In this document: positions 41,847 through 51,827 of the stretch, piece after piece
Layout: the number at the start of each line of letters is the position of its first letter
How positions within the stretch are numbered: position 1 is the stretch's first letter
Origin: an uncultured Chloroflexia bacterium
GTDB taxonomy: Bacteria; Chloroflexota; Limnocylindria; Limnocylindrales; CSP1-4
Length of the DNA: 64,000 nucleotides
Assembly: GCA_963746845.1 (NCBI GenBank)
Contig: CAVVCZ010000004.1
Span: forward strand, 832,001 to 896,000
Direction: 5' to 3'
Notes under the pieces: generated by a model
Database searches by the model: none
What the model was told of the DNA's origin: nothing
What the model saw: the letters and a program-made list of their open reading frames with translations, nothing else
Program-made: the position numbers and the translations under genes

Positions 41847-42044
41847 ATGGCCCGCTCCTGTGCGATCTGCGGCAAGGTGTCGATGGGCGGCTTCAACCCG
41901 CAGTCGTCGGGGATGAACCGCGTCCGCGCCCACCGCCGTTACCAGCCGAACCTCCAGCCGTACACGATCCGCGAGAACGGCTCGGAGAAGAAGGCGCTCG
42001 TCTGCACCCGCTGCCGCCGGACCGCGCTGAAGTCCGCCAAGTAG
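41847..42044 (+). CDS. rpmB: 50S ribosomal protein L28 (Zn-binding form)
   Basis: MARSCAICGK...RRYQPNLQ...VCTRC; promoter TGcTATCAT at 41744-41752. Confidence 0.93.
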   Translation: MARSCAICGKVSMGGFNPQSSGMNRVRAHRRYQPNLQPYTIRENGSEKKALVCTRCRRTALKSAK

Positions 42045-42118
42045 CGTCTCGGCCGCCGCGAGCGGCACGTTCACGATCCGACGCCCGGCCGACGCCGGGC
42101 GTTTCCGTGTCCGGCTCC

Positions 42119-42565
42119 TCAGCGCTCCGCCGTGTCCAGCCAGATCGTGAACGGGCCGTCGTTCACCAGCTCCACCGCCATGACGGCGCCGAACCGGCCG
42201 GTCGCGACGGTGGTTCCCAGGTCGCGCAGCGCCGCCGCGAACCGCTCGTACAGCCGCTCCGCCTGCTCGGGCGGTGCCGCACCGGTGAACCCGGGCCGGC
42301 GTCCGCGTCGCGTGTCGGCGTAGAGCGTGAACTGGCTCACGACCAGCACTCCACCGTGGACGTCGCTCAGGGACAGGTTCGTCTTGCCGGCCTCGTCATC
42401 GAAGATCCGCAGCTCGGTCACCCGCCGCGCGAGGGCGTCGGCGATCGCCTCGTCGTCGTCCGGGCCGACCCCGAGCAGGATCAGCAGGCCCGGGCCGATC
42501 TCCCCGACGACCTCGTCCTCGACCCGGACGCGCGCGCCCGACGTCCGCTGGAGCAGCGCCCGCAC
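42119..42565 (-). CDS. dtd: D-aminoacyl-tRNA deacylase
   Basis: RALLQR, LRIF.D, VSQFTL, G.FGA.M.V.L.NDGP. Confidence 0.96.
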   Translation of the reverse strand: MRALLQRTSGARVRVEDEVVGEIGPGLLILLGVGPDDDEAIADALARRVTELRIFDDEAGKTNLSLSDVHGGVLVVSQFTLYADTRRGRRPGFTGAAPPEQAERLYERFAAALRDLGTTVATGRFGAVMAVELVNDGPFTIWLDTAER

Positions 42566-42568
42566 GCC

Positions 42569-43624
42569 TCAGCCGCCGGCGGGACGGGACGCGGATGTCG
42601 GGGCCGGCCCCGCACCGTCGACGCCCGGTCGCTGGGGTGACGGAGGACGGACCCCATGCTCGGCGATGTACGCCGCCCGCCAGCGCTCGGCTTCCTCCAG
42701 GTACCGCTCCCGATCGGCGGCGTGCCGCTCCTCGGTCAACGCCTCCGCCGACGCGGGGACCAGCAGGTCGTAGTCGCGGACCCCGTCGGGATTGAACCGG
42801 CCCGTGCCGCGCAGCGGGATGACCGGGATCCCGCCGGCCTCGATGTCGGCCATGAACCGCCACGCGAGGTGCTTCGGGAGCTGGGCGAACGTCACCATCG
42901 CGTCGCGCGGGATCGGCGGCTTGCCGTGGTTCAGCCGGTACTGGTAGCCCTCGTCGGCGAGGGCCCGGACGAGCCGGATCTCGCGGCCCATGTTCCGGCC
43001 CTTGATCCAGAGGACCGAGCCGACGACGAGGATGTCGACACCGAGCCCACCGACGAACTCCGCGGACTCGCGGTTCACGCCGCCGTCGACGTGGACCTCG
43101 GCGCCGACGGGCTTGTGCGACAGGTACTCGCGGGCGGCCAGGATCTTCTCCGCGGCCACGTCCTTCATGAACGACTGGCCTCCGAAGCCCGGCTCGACCG
43201 TCATGACCAGGATGATGTCGAGCAGGTGCCGGTACGGCTCGAGCGCCGAGAGCGGCGTGTTCGGCTTCACCGCGAGCCCGGCGGCCCGACCCGCCTTGCG
43301 GATCGCGACGAGCGCCGGCTCGATCAGCGCCGGGTCCACCTCGACGTGGAACGTGATCGAGTCGCAGCCGGCCTCGAGGAACTCGTCCACGAACCGGAGC
43401 GGGTCGCTGATCATCAGGTGCGCATCGAGCGGCAGCTCGGTCCGCGGCCGGATCCCGGCGATCATCCTCGGCCCGAACGTGAGGTTCGGGACGAAGTGGC
43501 CGTCCATGATGTCGATGTGGAAGCGGTCCGCCCCCTCGCGCTCGGCCCGCCGGATCGCGTGGGCCATGTTCGAGTGGTCCGCGTCGAGGATGCTCACCGC
43601 GACGCGGGCACGACCGCCGGCCAC
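42569..43624 (-). CDS. rpe: Ribulose-phosphate 3-epimerase with a ~125-aa extra C-terminal region
   Basis: HIDIMDGHFVPNLTFG, DAHLMI, MTVEPGFGGQ, VDGGVN, VVGS. Confidence 0.93.
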   Translation of the reverse strand: MAGGRARVAVSILDADHSNMAHAIRRAEREGADRFHIDIMDGHFVPNLTFGPRMIAGIRPRTELPLDAHLMISDPLRFVDEFLEAGCDSITFHVEVDPALIEPALVAIRKAGRAAGLAVKPNTPLSALEPYRHLLDIILVMTVEPGFGGQSFMKDVAAEKILAAREYLSHKPVGAEVHVDGGVNRESAEFVGGLGVDILVVGSVLWIKGRNMGREIRLVRALADEGYQYRLNHGKPPIPRDAMVTFAQLPKHLAWRFMADIEAGGIPVIPLRGTGRFNPDGVRDYDLLVPASAEALTEERHAADRERYLEEAERWRAAYIAEHGVRPPSPQRPGVDGAGPAPTSASRPAGG

Positions 43625-43626
43625 CG

Positions 43627-44841
43627 CTACTCCCCCACCCCTGCCGGAACCGGCTCGTGGCTGCGCTCGCCGCGGAGCGCGTGCGCGCTCTCGTCGACCA
43701 GCCGGGCGCGGCGGCGGGCGACCGCGGCGGGCGCCGGCTCGCCCGCCCGCTCGGCGGCCAGCTGGCCACAGGCGGCCCCGATCTCCTGGCCGCGGTTCCG
43801 ACGGATCGTCGCCGTGACACCGGCCGCGGCCAGCGTCGCGGCGAAGGCCTCGATCACCGCGTCCGGTGACGCGGACCACGGGGTGTGGGCGACCGGGTTC
43901 ATCGGGATCAGGTTGACATGCGCGTGGTCACCGCGGAGCAGCTCGGCCATCGCCCGGGCGTCCTCGTCGGTGTCGTTGATCCCACTAATCATCGTTGCCT
44001 CGTAGGTGACGCGCCGGCCCGTCGCCGCGGCGTGGTCGCGGGCGGCGGCGACGACCTCGGCGATCGGCCAGCGGCGGTTGAGCGGCACGAGGACGTCACG
44101 GAGCGCGTCGCGCGCCGCGTGGAGCGAGACCGCGAGGGTGAACTGCGGGCCGAGGGCGGTCAGCCGGCGGATGCCGGGCACGACGCCCGAGGTGGACACC
44201 GTGATGTGCCGCGCCCCGAGCCCGAACCGGCCGCGATCGTTCAGCGCGTCCACCGCGGCAAGGACGCGATCCAGGTTCAGGAGCGGCTCGCCCATCCCCA
44301 TGAACACGACGTTCGTGATCCGCCGGCCGTCGGCCGCGAGCCGCCGGGCCGCGTGCCGGACCTGGTCGACGATCTCGGCGGTCTCCAGATCCCGGGTGAA
44401 TCCGAGCTCGCCCGTCGCACAGAACGGGCAGCCGACGGCGCACCCCGCCTGGCTCGAGATGCACAGGGTGTGCCGTTCGCGCTGCCTCCCTCGCGCGGGG
44501 TAGTGCATGAGGACCGACTCGACGAGCGCGCCGTCCGACAGGCGATGGAGACCCTTCTCGGTCAGCCCTCCGTCGGAGATCCGGAGCTCCGTATCGTCGA
44601 CCGTATCGAATCGGAACGCCGCCTCGAGATCCCCGCGGAGCGGTGCCGGCAGGGTGAGGATCTCGTCCACGGTCGCAGCGGGGCCGCGCCACACGGCGTC
44701 GGCGACCTGGCGTCCGCGGTAGGCCGGGTGGCCACGATCGGCCAGCCACGTCTGCAGCTCGTCCGGCAGGAGGCCGGACAGGCCCGGTCGCGGGTCGCGG
44801 ACCACGACCGGCAGGGCGGTGCCGGCGGGAGTGGTGCCCAC
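43627..44841 (-). CDS. rlmN: Dual-specificity RNA methyltransferase RlmN
   Basis: CISSQAGCAVGCPFCATG (radical SAM), FMGMGEP, AACGQL. Confidence 0.96.
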   Translation of the reverse strand: MGTTPAGTALPVVVRDPRPGLSGLLPDELQTWLADRGHPAYRGRQVADAVWRGPAATVDEILTLPAPLRGDLEAAFRFDTVDDTELRISDGGLTEKGLHRLSDGALVESVLMHYPARGRQRERHTLCISSQAGCAVGCPFCATGELGFTRDLETAEIVDQVRHAARRLAADGRRITNVVFMGMGEPLLNLDRVLAAVDALNDRGRFGLGARHITVSTSGVVPGIRRLTALGPQFTLAVSLHAARDALRDVLVPLNRRWPIAEVVAAARDHAAATGRRVTYEATMISGINDTDEDARAMAELLRGDHAHVNLIPMNPVAHTPWSASPDAVIEAFAATLAAAGVTATIRRNRGQEIGAACGQLAAERAGEPAPAAVARRRARLVDESAHALRGERSHEPVPAGVGE

Positions 44842-44850
44842 GAGCGGAGT

Positions 44851-45864
44851 CTACGCGGACCCGACGGCGGGACCGGCGGTCTCGATCGACCGGCCGAGCA
44901 TCGACGGGCGCCCGCGGAGGTACGCCTCGCCGGACATCGGCCGCCCCCCGGCCGGCTGGACCTCGAGGAGGACGAGCCGGCCGTCGGCGGTCGCGAGCGC
45001 CAGCCCGTCGGGGTCCGGCACGAGCCGGCCGGGCTCGTCGTCGGCGTCCGACGGGACGACGCGACCGGACAGCACGACGAGCCGCTGACCGTCGGCCTCG
45101 AGGAACGACCCGGGCCACGGGAGATACGCCCGGACCTGACGCTCCAGCAGCCACGCGGGCTGGTGCGGATCGATTCGGCCGTCGGCGCGACGCAGGGGAC
45201 GGGTCATCGTCGCGCCTTCGGTCGGCTGTGGTCGGGCGCGGAGCTTGCCGTCGAGCCATGGGTCGAGCGCCCGGGCGAGCATGCCGGACGCGGCGATCGC
45301 GAGGCGCGCCTCGATGGCCGGCGCCGTCTCGTCGCCGGCGAGCGTCGACCGCTCGCTCGCGATGATCGGGCCCGTGTCGATCCCCTCGTCCATCCGGATC
45401 AGCGTGACCCCGGTCTCGTCGTCGCCCGCGAGGATCGCGCCGGGGATCGGCGTCGCGCCACGATGCCGGGGCAGCAGCGACGGATGGAGGTTCAGCGCCC
45501 CGAACCGCGTCTCGAGGAGCTCCCGCGGCACGATCTGACCGTAGTCGGCGAGGACGACGAGATCCGGGTCGAGCGCGAGCAGGTCGGCCAGGGAGGCAGG
45601 GTCCCGGAGACGTTCCGGGCTGGCGACGGAGAGCCCGAGCTCGCGCGCCTGGGTCTCGACCACGGTCGCCATGAGGACGCGGCGCCGCCCGATCGGCCGG
45701 GCCGGCGCCGTCACGACCGAGACGAGGTCGACCGACACATGGGCGGCGAGACGCCCGAGGGTCGGCTGGGCGAAGCGACCGCTGCCGAGGAAGATCGTCC
45801 GGACGGGACGGATGCCGTCGCGCTCGGGTGTCTCCCCGCGGGGCCCGGCCGGCGGCCAGGTCAC
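44851..45864 (-). CDS. fmt: Methionyl-tRNA formyltransferase
   Basis: NLHPSLLPRHRGATP, GVT...MDEG.DTGP, PWPG. Confidence 0.95.
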   Translation of the reverse strand: MTWPPAGPRGETPERDGIRPVRTIFLGSGRFAQPTLGRLAAHVSVDLVSVVTAPARPIGRRRVLMATVVETQARELGLSVASPERLRDPASLADLLALDPDLVVLADYGQIVPRELLETRFGALNLHPSLLPRHRGATPIPGAILAGDDETGVTLIRMDEGIDTGPIIASERSTLAGDETAPAIEARLAIAASGMLARALDPWLDGKLRARPQPTEGATMTRPLRRADGRIDPHQPAWLLERQVRAYLPWPGSFLEADGQRLVVLSGRVVPSDADDEPGRLVPDPDGLALATADGRLVLLEVQPAGGRPMSGEAYLRGRPSMLGRSIETAGPAVGSA

Positions 45865-46394
45865 GCGAGGGCCCGCGCCGCCTTGTCGGTGTCGGCGTGC
45901 TGCCAGCCGCCGGCCTCGTCGTCCTCGTCGGCGCCGATCGGGATCAGCTCGTCCATCGACCCGAGGTAGTCGATGAAGAGCTTGCCGTCGAGGTGATCCA
46001 GCTCGTGCTGCAGCGCACGACCGAGCAGTCCCGAACCGGCGACCTTGATCTTCTTGCCGTGCCGGTTCTGCGCCACGACCCAGACCTTCTCCCGACGCGT
46101 CACGTATGCGTAGTAGCCCGGCAGCGAGAGACAGCCCTCGAGGTCGCGGTCGTCGCCGGCGGAGCGGACGATGCGCGGGTTGATCAGCTCGTACAGCTGA
46201 TCGCCGACCTCGATCACGCAGGCCTGGAGCGCCTCGCCGACCTGCGGCGCGGCCAGCCCCACGCCGGGTGCGTTGCGCATCGTCTCGGTCATGTCGTCGA
46301 GCAGGCCGTGCAGGAACCGGCCGAAGCCCTCGACGGGCTGCCCCTTCAGACGGAGGCGCGGGTCACCGAGGAGGACGATCGGGCGGACGCTCAT
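45861..46394 (-). CDS. def: Peptide deformylase
   Basis: GVGLAAPQ, EGCLS, QHELDHL. Confidence 0.97.
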   Translation of the reverse strand: MSVRPIVLLGDPRLRLKGQPVEGFGRFLHGLLDDMTETMRNAPGVGLAAPQVGEALQACVIEVGDQLYELINPRIVRSAGDDRDLEGCLSLPGYYAYVTRREKVWVVAQNRHGKKIKVAGSGLLGRALQHELDHLDGKLFIDYLGSMDELIPIGADEDDEAGGWQHADTDKAARALA

Positions 46395-46510
46395 GGCGGG
46401 AGAGTATATCCGGGGGTCCCCGTCGGACGACGTGACCCGACGACCGGCTCGCGTGGTCCGTCCGCCCGCTGGGTCCGTTCAGCCCGACCGGCCGCCCGGT
46501 CGGTTGTCGA

Positions 46511-47047
46511 TCAGTTGCTCGAGGTCGCGTCCTTGACCTCGTCGACCACGTGATCGATCGCGTCCTCGGCCTCGGCCACCGCGACACCCCCGTGCCCGTT
46601 CGCCTCGACGCCTTCCTCGGCGGACTTCGCGCGCAGCTCGGCCGCCCAGTGGCGCGACTTCGCGGCGAGCTTCTCGCTCGCGTCGGCGGTCGCGTCGGCC
46701 GCTCGGACCGCGAACGGTCCCGCCCGATCCGCCGCCGCCGCGGCGAGCTCCGCCGCCTTGGCCCCGATCTGCCGAGCGACCGGCGCCGCCTGGGTGGCGA
46801 CCGAGTCGATCATCGACTGGAGCTGGCTGATCATCTTCTCGCCGGTCGCCTTCGCGTCGGCTCCACCGGACCCGTCGTCGCTGGTCCAACCGAACGTCTC
46901 GTCCGATGCGCTGCCGATCGTCTCCGCGCCGGAGGCGACGGCGTCCGCCACCGCGGCCTCGGCGTCGCCGGCCGTCGACTCGACCTTGTCCTTGATGTCT
47001 GCGGCGTGACCGTTGACCGCGTCCTTCGCGTCCTGCATGTCGTCCAT
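46511..47047 (-). CDS. Hypothetical acidic Ala-rich helical protein
   Basis: GC3-consistent ORF with strong SD AGGAGG before ATG 47047; no recognisable motif. Confidence 0.7.
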   Translation of the reverse strand: MDDMQDAKDAVNGHAADIKDKVESTAGDAEAAVADAVASGAETIGSASDETFGWTSDDGSGGADAKATGEKMISQLQSMIDSVATQAAPVARQIGAKAAELAAAAADRAGPFAVRAADATADASEKLAAKSRHWAAELRAKSAEEGVEANGHGGVAVAEAEDAIDHVVDEVKDATSSN

Positions 47048-47148
47048 GGCGCCCTCCTGCTGGTCTCGCTCATTGTCCATCGGATCGCCCGATCATGTCG
47101 GCCGGCCCCGCCGACCCCGCCCCGGCCTGCGAGCCGGCGTCATCAGCG

Positions 47149-50100
47149 TCACTGCACCCAGAGCTGGTCGTAGAGCAGGATCACCGGGTTGTCCTCGAAC
47201 CCTCCGACCCGCGACGACAGCAGCGTCACGTCGGTCGTGTTGAAGGCCATGACAGCCGGGGCTGCGTCGACGATCGCGTGGTCGATCCCCGCCCATCGCT
47301 CGTCGGCGCCGACCGGATCGGTCGCGGCCAGCGTCCGCGCGGCCTGCATTCGGTCGTCCACGGACCGATCGCACCACTCGGATGGGGCATCGCCGAAGCC
47401 CTGGCCGGCGGCGGGGCAGCCGAACCCGTCGCGGATCAGCGATGCGCCGGACCGGTCGTCCTCGCGGATCCAGTAACCGGCCATCTGGATCCGCTCCGGA
47501 TGCTCGAACACGAGGCTGAAGAAGTCGTCGAACGAGAGCAACCGAGTGGTCGCCCGGAACCCGAGGTCGTCCAGCAACCGGGTGAAGGACCGCGCGACCG
47601 CGGCATGCTGGCCCGAATCGTCCGCGCCCCAGACCGTCACGCGCTCGCCGGCGACGCCGGCCTGGTCGATGAGCTGCCTGGCGCGCGTCAGGTCCGGCCC
47701 GAGCCAGTTGCCGTTCGCGCCGGGGTCGACCGTCCACGGGCAGTACCGCTGATAGCCGCTGAAGCCGGGCGGAACGATCTGGCAGGTCACCGTCGCGGTC
47801 AAGGGTCCACCCCACGCCCCCACGAGCGCTGCCCGATCCGTTGCCAGGTTCACGGCCTCGCGAACGCGGACATCGTCGAACGGCGGCAGGCGGGTGTTCA
47901 TCATCTCGAACCAGGTCGCGACCGACGGTGCGACGTGGACCAGGCCGGGCACCTGGGTCCGGAGCTGGTCCATCCGCGACGCCGGCTCCGTCTCGACGTG
48001 GAGCACATCGGCGCTGCCGCTGGTCACCTCGACCGCCGGATCGGGCGCCGTCGTCTGCCGGACGTCGATCTCGTCCGGGTTGCCGTCGGGCTGGGCGTCC
48101 GCCGACCAGACCTGGAAATGAGGGTTCCGGACCAGCTCCTCGGACGCACCGGGGCGGAACGATGAGACCTGGTACGGCCCCGTTGCCACCATCGGGACGG
48201 ACACCTCGGTCAGCGGTGTGTCGGGCGGAAGGATCGGCACGTCGAAGATCCGGTCCGGGAAGCCTGCGTCGGCGGCGGTGAGATGGAAGGTGATGGTCCG
48301 GGCGCTGTCGTCCGTCGTGATCCCCCGTGTGAGGTCGCACGGAGGAGCGACCCCGCAGGCTGCCGATCCCTCGATCTCGGTGTCGCCGAACATGCCCGCG
48401 GCGCCCGCCGGCACGTTGCCGGCGAGGACCGCGCGCTCGAACGACCGGAGGGCATCGCCCGCCCGGACCGGACGACGGTCCGAGTAGACGAGACCCGCCC
48501 GGAGATGGAAGGTCCACGTCCGTCCGCCATCGGGCGATGACGGGATCTCGTCTGCGAGATCCGGGACGATCGTCAGACCGTCCGGTCCACCCACCCGCTT
48601 GTAGGTCACGAGCGCATCGTTCGTGATCAGCGAGAGGCCGCCGATCCCCCACTGGGCGTAGGTCGGATCGGGGGTTGCGGCCAGGTCCCCGGGGGCGGCG
48701 ATGACCCGCAGCGTGCCGCCGCGGTGACTGCCCGTCGGTTCGTTCGCCGTGAAGGCGATCCGGCCGTTGTCATCGGCCAGGCCGTGCGGGGTCGCCGCAA
48801 GCGGCGTCCGCCCGGTGATCTGGGCGGTGTCGAGGTCCAGCCGGACGATCTGATCGGGTGACGACACCGCCACCCAGGCACCGTCGCTGTCGACGACGAT
48901 CCCGGTCGGCCGGTTGCCAACCGTCTGGGCCGCCGTGACGGTCGCGGTCGCCGTCCCGATCCGGAAGACCGTGCCGCTCCCCGAGTTGACGACCCAGATC
49001 GCATCGCCGGTCGGCGAGGAGGCGATCGCCGTCGGGGCGCTGCCGGCGGCCACGGTCCGGGTGACCTGACCGGTCGTCGGATCCATCCGGTCGACGACAC
49101 TCTCGCTCGTGTCGACGATCCAGACCGAACCGTCGGCCGTGGTGATGCCGATCGGCGTTCCACCCACGGCGAACGCCCGGGTGCTGGCCCGTGGACGGGT
49201 CGATCCGGGTCACCGAATGGTCGAGGCGGTTCGCGACCCACACCCACCGGTCGTCGATCGCGATCCCGGACGGGGCAGTTCCCACCTCGACGGAGGCGAC
49301 GACCTCGCTGGTGGCCGGATCGATCCGGTCGACGGTCCGGTCGTCGCTGTTCGCGACCCAGACCGCCCCGAACCCGAACGCGATGCCATCCGGCGCATGA
49401 CCGACCCGGATCCGCTGGATCACCGCGCCGGTGTCCTCGTCCACGCGGAGCACCGTGCCGTCGGCGGGGCTCGTGATCCACAGCGATCCGGCACCGAGCG
49501 TGACGTTGTCCGGCCGCGCGTCGAGCGCCGTGCCGGCGACGAGCCGGCCGTCGGCGTCGATCTGGCCGATCCCGTCGGCGGCCAGGGTGATCGGTGGAGG
49601 CGTGGCGGCGCCCGCGGACGGCGCCGCCGGCGCCTGGCTCGGTGGTGCCGGGATCAGCCGGCTGCCGGACGCAATGACGACGACGGCCACCCCGAGGGCG
49701 GCAACGCCGAGCGCAGGACGCCGGATCACCCGTCGTGAACGGTCAGCCCGCGGAAGCTCGAGCGGGCCTGATGGCTTCGGGCGGACGGCAGGCGACGGGT
49801 CGAAGCCACGGAATCGTCCGTCGCCTCCACCGTTGCGGATCCCGGCGGCAAGCGCCTGGAGCTCGTCGCTCGGATCGACGTCGAGCTCCTCACGGAGTGC
49901 GGCGGTGGCGTCGCGATAGGCGATGAGGGCCTCGGACTTCCGGCCGGTGGCCGCGAGGGCGATCATCAGGGCGGCCCACAGCGGCTCGCGATAGGGCGCG
50001 TCGCCCAGCTCGCGCCGCAGGTCGGGGATCACGGAGGCTGCCTCGCCGAGGCGCAGGCGGAGCGCGATCAGCTCATCGACGGCGCCGTTGCGAAGCTCGG

Positions 50101-50587
50101 CGAGCCGCTCCAGCTCCGCGATCGCCGCCGGTTCGTCCCCGACATCCGGCGCTCCGGGCCGCCGCCAGAGCGCGAGCGCACGCGCGAGGTGGTCGGCCGC
50201 CGCTCGCGGATCGTCGGCCAGGACCGTGCGCCCCGCGGCGAGGAGCGCCTCGAACCGCCGGGCGTCGATCGCGGCCGGCGCGATACGCAGCCGATACGCG
50301 CGTCCCTCGGTCTCGACGGCGGCCGCTCCGCCGGCGTCGGCCCCGGTCCCCGGCCGCGACTGCTCCGTCGCGAGGAGCCGGCGGAGCTGGAACACATGCG
50401 ATTGGAGCGTCGGGAGGGCGGTCGGCGGGACATCCTCGCCCCACAGGGCGCTCATCAGCCGGTCGGCGGAGACCGGGGCGTTGGGCTCGAGCGCCAGCAT
50501 GGCGAGGAGCGTCTGCTGCTTCGCCGGCAGCCGGATGGCGCGGCCCCCGATCGTGACGAGCACAGGTCCGAGGACGCCGATCTCCAC
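47149..50587 (-). CDS. Membrane-spanning SARP-family regulator: wHTH-BTAD-TM-beta-propeller (YVTN-like)-family-5 solute-binding domain; +1 frameshift near 49186-49190
   Basis: IGVLGP...LLAMLAL...LWGE..P..A..TLQSHV..LRR (wHTH); AL.LWR...P.REPLW..LM.AL...GR..EAL..Y (BTAD); TM ALGVAALGVAVVVIA; repeats such as GAVWVANS.D.TV.RIDP; HRGGTLRV...IVPDLA...TWTFHLR (SBP family 5). ORFs 48770-50827 and 47149-49167 join on removing one base, giving about 1145 aa. Confidence 0.85.
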
Positions 50588-50653
50588 GCCAACACGATAG
50601 CCCGGCGCCGCGGTTTCGTCGTTCGCCGAATCCGGCCCCGGCGCGATGGCGAT

Positions 50654-50682
50654 TTCAGTGCGATTCGAGCGGTTCTTCAGCG
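50654..50682 (+). promoter_or_regulatory. Putative SARP binding site: three heptamers with 11-bp period
   Basis: TTCAGTG (50654), TCGAGCG (50665), TTCAGCG (50676), lying between the SARP gene and the divergent cupin gene. Confidence 0.7.
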
Positions 50683-50742
50683 GGGTCTGATTGGCTCGGA
50701 CCCGGTGGCGTCCGCCATCCGTTTCGACAGGAGGTCCATGCG

Positions 50743-51228
50743 ATGCGACGACTCTTCGCCCTCGCCCTGGCCGTGGGTCTGATCGCCTCGGTCGTGGCGG
50801 TCTCCCAGGTATCCGCGACGCCGGCATCCGGCGTCACGACCACGACCCTCGCGACCGGAACCCTGGATCCGGTCCACGTCCACGTCCGGAACGGCCGGTG
50901 GGCGATCAATCTCCGGACCCGCAAGACCTCGACCGTCACGGTGGTCGAGAACGACGTGGCTCCGGGCGGATCCTTCGGCTGGCACAGCCACCCGGGCCCG
51001 AGCATCATCGTCGTGAAGGCCGGCACGCTGACCTTCTACGACTCCGACGATCCGCAGTGCGGCCCCGTCGTCCGCACGGCCGGCGATGCGTTCATCGACT
51101 CGGGCCAGGACACCCACGTCGGGATCAACAAGGGCACCGAGACGGCGATCGTCATCGTGACCCGGATCCTGCCCGAGGGCGCCAACCCGCGGATCGACGA
51201 GCCCGAGCCTCCGAACTGCGACATCTAG
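50743..51228 (+). CDS. Secreted cupin-domain protein
   Basis: Signal peptide MRRLFALALAVGLIA...; GWHSHPG and GDAF.D....H cupin motifs; SD AGGAGGT. Confidence 0.85.
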   Translation: MRRLFALALAVGLIASVVAVSQVSATPASGVTTTTLATGTLDPVHVHVRNGRWAINLRTRKTSTVTVVENDVAPGGSFGWHSHPGPSIIVVKAGTLTFYDSDDPQCGPVVRTAGDAFIDSGQDTHVGINKGTETAIVIVTRILPEGANPRIDEPEPPNCDI

Positions 51229-51296
51229 ACCCGCCATCTCCCCGCGCGGCGGCCCATGGCCGGGTCGCCGCGCCTACCGGTCACGGAGGCAGCAGC

Positions 51297-51818
51297 ATGG
51301 AACGCCGTCGAGCCGGAGCTCGACTCGCCACGATCGGACTCGTCGCCGCGCTGGGCCTCTCCGGGTGCGCGCCGGCCGGCGAGGCCCCGACGGCGTCGCC
51401 GACACGCCTCGTGGTACCGAGCGCGGAGGCCGCGACCGCATCGAGCACCCCCGCGTCGAGCACGACCGGTGTCCGCACCCGGCCGTTGCCGGCGGCCATC
51501 GTTGGCGCCCCTGCGAGCAAGGTGGACATCCAGCTCCGGATCAACCAGAACCGCTGGTCCACCGACGCGATCGTGGCGCCGGCCGGCGAGACGTGGCGAG
51601 TCACGATCACCAACCAGAACCTGTCGGGCCTCTCGAAGATCGCTCACAACTTCGTCGTCGCGGATGGTCCGGACTTCGAGGACCGGATCTTCACCGCCGA
51701 CCAGATCCCGGGCGGGTCCATCGCCACCATCACGGTTCCGGCGTTGCCCCCCGGCTCCTACTTCTTCATCTGCACGATCCATCCGAACACGATGACGGGC
51801 ACGCTGACGCTCGAGTAG
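51297..51818 (+). CDS. Cupredoxin (blue-copper) lipoprotein
   Basis: Lipobox LSGC; HN...YFFICTIHPNTMTG supplies the H/C/H/M type-1 copper ligands; SD GGAGG. Confidence 0.85.
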   Translation: MERRRAGARLATIGLVAALGLSGCAPAGEAPTASPTRLVVPSAEAATASSTPASSTTGVRTRPLPAAIVGAPASKVDIQLRINQNRWSTDAIVAPAGETWRVTITNQNLSGLSKIAHNFVVADGPDFEDRIFTADQIPGGSIATITVPALPPGSYFFICTIHPNTMTGTLTLE

Positions 51819-51827
51819 GGCGGCCCC

